Origin: Paraphysomonas bandaiensis
Taxonomy: Eukaryota; Protista; Chrysophyceae
Length of the DNA stretch: 64,000 nucleotides
NCBI GenBank assembly: GCA_965644295.1
Contig: CBFFRP010000218.1
Coordinates: 310,001-374,000 of the forward strand
Direction of reading: 5' to 3'
The position numbers and the translations under genes are program-made. The notes below the pieces were generated by a model. That model did not search any database. It was given only the letters and a program-made list of their open reading frames with translations, and was not told where the DNA came from. This document shows, one piece after another, positions 58,991 through 64,000 of the stretch (the stretch's first letter is position 1; every line of letters begins with the position of its first letter).

Positions 58991-61609
58991 TATTTCATTC
59001 TACTCCAATGTGAACCAGAACAAAGCCCGGATGTCCCAAAAGCTGCCCCCAGCTTGCCTTGTTGTACCCTGTTTGGCGCACTGAGTCCTCGTATCAACGA
59101 CTTTTTCTTCTTACTCTACTTTTGTACTTTCCTGAGCCACCAATCATAGTGCTCAACTGGCTTACAGATTGTTCCACAGCCTCCCCACGGACTTATACCG
59201 CTGGTAGTTCCCTGTGTTTCTCGTGCACTAATATTGTGGTATCTATCAGACTAGTAAAGAGCCAACATAGAGATATTCAGACTCTCTTATAAAGATGCCA
59301 CTATCAGAGGAAGAGAAGTATGTGTGCGTGCAAGAATACCTTAATACAGAGGATCCGTAGTGTGCGTGTACAACAGTAATGGACTAGAAGAATTGGATTG
59401 CCATATTTAACAGGATGGCATCGAATGAACAAATGATGATTTAAATCGTCAGTACCTGGGGTGAAATTTCAACTGGGTACAGACGCGGAAATTGTTCAAA
59501 ACGGAGATTTAGAGAGAGCAGTAGTCAAAATTCAGCGCGGTGGGGAAGAAGAACTGAGCCGCGCTAAAAAGCACAGCTGCGACGCTTTTCGATAAATTAT
59601 GTACCTGCACACGAGGTTGAACTTGATGAAGAGAAAGATGATGAGGAGGAAGTCGAGGCCAACCAAAATCGCCAATAAGTTCGGCGATCCACAATTAGCT
59701 TCCTTTTAGCACTAAAAATAGTATATACGCAGGAGAAATGTGATCGTTGGGCTTTAATGTGATATCTAGCCGTTGATTATTTATTACACTAGTATTCATA
59801 ATTCAGTATTATGTAATAATAATTATTTCATACCTCTTCTACAAGAGTTCCTGGGCATGAAACCTGGGAAGTGAATTATATCAGGTTTTCATAATATTAT
59901 ATATATAAAAATACATATTATAGAGATGTCATTTATTAGGAATTATTCTTAAGATGTTATTTTTGTCAGATTCTGAAATAGTATTACTGACTGATACTAA
60001 TGTTTTACACAATTATTTCTTGTTAATATATAATAATCATCATCACGAACTTTTGAAATTGTAAAGGTATCTTGATGAGAACGCCGAAGTTGTACGGATA
60101 TTGAGTTCTTAAGGTGAAAATCCCGGATGCTTAACTTCTGCAGGCAGCCTTATTCTGTAACATGCTTCCCATCAGCATCTACTACAACAGACGAGGGGAG
60201 GAGGTTTCTAGCCTTTATATACCCTTGTTTAACTGTGCATGACACAAGAAGTTGCAACAACTCATATAGCAAACCTTGTGTAGATCCCTAAAATTTCTTC
60301 GCATTTCAAAAAGCATTGTACATGTGTTGCAGTGTCCGCAGCTGCTTTTGTATACGCATCGTCTGAAATGGGATATCACACCTGAAAGAGAGGTGATAAC
60401 ATCAAAAAAACACCAGAGGAGTAAAGCAAGTCTGTAAGAAAAGTTGTATTCTATGGCAAAGTAAAACGCATAACCCATAGAAAGAAACGAGGTGCCACAA
60501 ATGGGAATGACAAGGGATAACAGTTTCAAAAATTTCTAGCCTCTTAAGAGAATGTAGTTTCAGTTAGACAATTACTGGTTATTACATACTATATCGCATA
60601 TAACTACTCTTCTAATAAAGTATTACGAATATATGACTTATACCAGAGTGGTACCACGAGTTACAGCAATAAACGCCCATGCCATACTCTCACAATGTTG
60701 TCGCAAAGAAGTTATTTAAAATAACTATTCGACGTAGCTGAACAGGCCTCGCTAAAAGGAGTGTGCTTTCTCACATTCACCATTCTTAATAGAGTTGTCA
60801 TCTTATAATGCGGCCAAAACATTTTACAGAAACCGGAAATGCTGAATCGGTTACCACTCACTCAATAACCAGCACTACTACAAACAGAACCCATCGCAGG
60901 CATATTTTTTCCTGGAATTCTCTCCATCATTCCAGAAGCCTACGATATTATGTTTGCCCCGACAAATGTATCCACTTACATCAAAACATATACATTCTGA
61001 TAGATGTGCACAACTCAGTATTTAGCAACTCTGACACCACTAGTTTAAAGTCGTAGATAGCTAAAAACAAAGTAGTTCTCTCATGTAATAATCAGATCTT
61101 TATATATATGATAGATGTGGCAATAATTAATTCCAATTATTGCAATTTTTCAGTCTGAACTACGTTACCTGCCAATATATACAGTGTAGCTAGTTCAACT
61201 GTCATTTCATTCTAGAGGCGACGGTTCTTGCGTAATAACGTAAGTTATTCCAAATGCAAATCAGTAGCAAAATCATAGCTCTACAGAGCAACATTATTTC
61301 AACCTTATATTGGCGTTGTATTATTATTATATATGCAAGTTCTCCATGCTGGTAACAAGTTCACTTCAAGACGTGCTCGCTTCCGCTGCTTGCTACCATC
61401 AATTTAACTTTGTAACTGCACGATTGCGATTAACTGACGCTAGCTGGAGTCAATTATAATTGCAATTATAATTTCCCAATTTCAAATATTGCAATTCGAT
61501 ATTTAACAATTAATTGATACGCAGCACTGGATCACTGAGTTATACCCACAGCTTCATGGACCGCTCCTCCCACTAAAAGTCACAGGGGCCATACTCATAC
61601 ACACTTCTG

Positions 61610-62836
61610 TGTTATAAGTATATGAAAAAGTTATAAACAACTCAGGTCTTGCAACCTAAGATCACTGAAAAGATATGTGAAATGGTTGTTTGTCGAAACA
61701 ACAAAACAGAAAACTATAATAATAACTCTTTAAGAAACCAACAGCCAGAAACACAAGCTCCCCTGTATCCTGCAATCTAAAGCTCCCAATAGACAGATCA
61801 GTCAACCAACTATGTTAATTTCATAGAGAATTATTATTAAAACTAAAGTTACAAGCAAAACAAAAGACAGACCCCTAGTCACAAGACTCCTCCTCATACA
61901 CAGGACATTGAATGCAACCACAACCGTACAATATGCTCACACATGCACTACACCACATACGATTCATATCCTACATCGATTATAGTCAAAACGCCTTAAA
62001 ATACGCCTCAATAGGTCTTTCCTCCAAAACCGCCGGTTTTCGAGTCCAAAAACCCAAAAAACCCCAATTTTAGATTTAGTCGCAAAAACCCAAGATCCCC
62101 AAGTCTGGAGTCTAGTATTTTCCAGACTTATATAAAACACCAATTTGAACTACAAAAAACTCAAAAATGGCAGTATTCGAATCACCAAAAAAATTGCGAT
62201 CTCATTTCATGGCAATATAATCTCATTCCAACCGTTAAATGCATAATACATATCAACTGTGCACAATATTCACAGAGAATGTTACACATTCATACTTGTA
62301 CCAAATTATCCCCCATGCCATCCTTACGCATCAGACCTAAGGGCTCTTATCAATTTGTGCACCGACCTGAGAAATTCTATGTTGAGTATCAGTGAGAAAA
62401 TATTCGCATATCGGAGTCCAGAACGATGAGCAAGCACACAGAGCTGTTCAAAACCATCCAAAGACTTCTCATAATGATGAATGAACTACGAATATCGCAC
62501 ATGCGGTACCAATCAATGCTTCCTAACTCAAAACGCTATGACACCGACTACCGTATGGATATAGGCGTAAACAAACAGGTAGCAATCGCGTAGACCAATG
62601 AAAACGTGTGCTCGAGGGTATAATCCTAGTAGTGAGGGTAAATCCTATTAGCCTCTGCTGTCTTGCTCTCCTAATAATAATCTATTTTTTGTTGTCAATC
62701 TCATACAAAACCAGCTACATAAACCCTACATATTATGTTATCATATCGTTATTGCAATAATATAGTTATCAATATTATTATGATGATGTTGTCATAAAAC
62801 GTGTAAAAGGGTGTTATAAAAGCCCACGGCTTTACA
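61610..62836 (-). repeat. Probable 3' LTR of the Gypsy element
   Basis: Begins TGTAAAG just after the PPT (62836). The distal ..TAACA end near 61610 is tentative. Segment 61636-61790 recurs at 25618-25780 (solo-LTR remnant). Confidence 0.6.
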
Positions 62837-62866
62837 TTACCCTTTCTCCCCCCCCGGATGCTGTAG

Positions 62867-64000
62867 CTACTCCTGAATAATTTTGGGATAAGCCGCAGCG
62901 AGCGACGCATCAACCAAAATCATGCGAGCAGGGTCAAAATCCTTCTGGGACCCCCAACAGTAAACCAAATAGTTGTCGAAAGCATAGTTGGAACCGTTGA
63001 GATTAAAACGGGCGCTAATCTTGCGTTTGGAATTCTTGTGATACCAATGGGTGTACGTGAATTCCATGACATACGCGGCCGTGGCATAATCCGGTAAACC
63101 AAGACTCTCGTACCACAGGTCACCATAGAACCTGAGGTCAACATAGACAGTATCTCCAACCGACACTGTTGTGATATTCTCCTTCCTCATTGAAGAGATA
63201 AAACGCTTCGCAGTAAACGAGTCGTATGCGAGGTGTCGCAAGTAAGGCCTAGACTCACAAAAATCGTAATATGCCTCACACTGAATATCCGGTGTCCATG
63301 GAATGTCCAAGATATCGCCGTCCGCATACTTCACCTTGAAGACCATCGTAGATTTAGTTCGTGAATCTCCCGTATATGAAAGAATCTCCTCCACCTTAAA
63401 TTGCTCATGATCTCGCATCGCCGCTTCAATAGCCGATTCCTTATCTCCGAAAAATGGCTCAAGATCAGAGACAGAGTATTCCCGAATCCCCCCGGTAAGA
63501 AGATTTCGAATTTGAACATCATTCTTATATTGCCGTACCACTTCGAAAGGACCCTTCATCCTCGAGGATAATTTCGGATGTGGTTTAGCACCAGCGTCGA
63601 ACATAACAAAATCGCCTGGACAATACTGGTTTTGTTTGGCAGGATCCAAACCCGCTTCCGCTCGTTTCTCAACTAGAGACTTCTGGTAATCTGCTGATAT
63701 CTGGCGAACTAGAGCTAAGTAATCGTTCAGCCTTTTCAACAGCTGATGAGACGGATCATTGTCTTTCCCCTGGGCGGCCAAAAGGTTCTTATAGATAGAA
63801 TCCTGGGACCCAAACGTCAGTTCGAACGCAGAATACCCCGTCTCACTACTCTCGTGGGTATTCAGAATGAACATGATAGTGGCAAGTAACAGTTCGTCCT
63901 CCAAAACAGCATCAGCCTCGATTCGCTTGTCAAAACAAATAGCACGGATGTGACGAACCACTTCCTTAATAATACGCTCACATCCGTTGACGTGCCTGTT
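62867..64000 (-). mobile_element. Ty3/Gypsy (chromovirus-like) pol C-terminus: integrase, GPF motif, chromodomain; runs off window end
   Basis: LNT..SSETGYSAFELTFG, KLSSRMKGPFEVV, chromodomain-like FKVEEILSY..FKVKYADG..W. A PPT GGGGGGGGAGAAAGG follows the stop. Confidence 0.9.

Overview
This is AT-rich eukaryotic nuclear DNA from a protist. A stramenopile origin is my inference, based on ~45-55 nt GT-AG introns, plant-type SKA3 and IQM genes, and the transposon types. About ten genes are recognisable: INTS2-like, a coiled-coil protein, a RAD16-like SNF2/RING helicase, SKA3, an Abitram/FAM206A-CCCH protein, copine, an HS2ST-like sulfotransferase, an IQM-like protein, a METTL21-family methyltransferase and a 4.3-kaa VPS13-like protein. 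Between them lie a PIF/Harbinger element, hAT-like MITEs, a Crypton-like repeat array, a decayed Ty1/Copia element and the end of a chromodomain Ty3/Gypsy element. The standout feature is a 345-aa intein in the Walker A motif (GK|T) of the RAD16-like helicase. It starts with Ala, carries the full class-3 W-C-T signature and has a degenerate LAGLIDADG endonuclease. Its coding sequence is itself interrupted by a spliceosomal intron, so RNA splicing is needed before protein splicing can restore the ATPase P-loop. All calls come from manual reading; no database searches were run.
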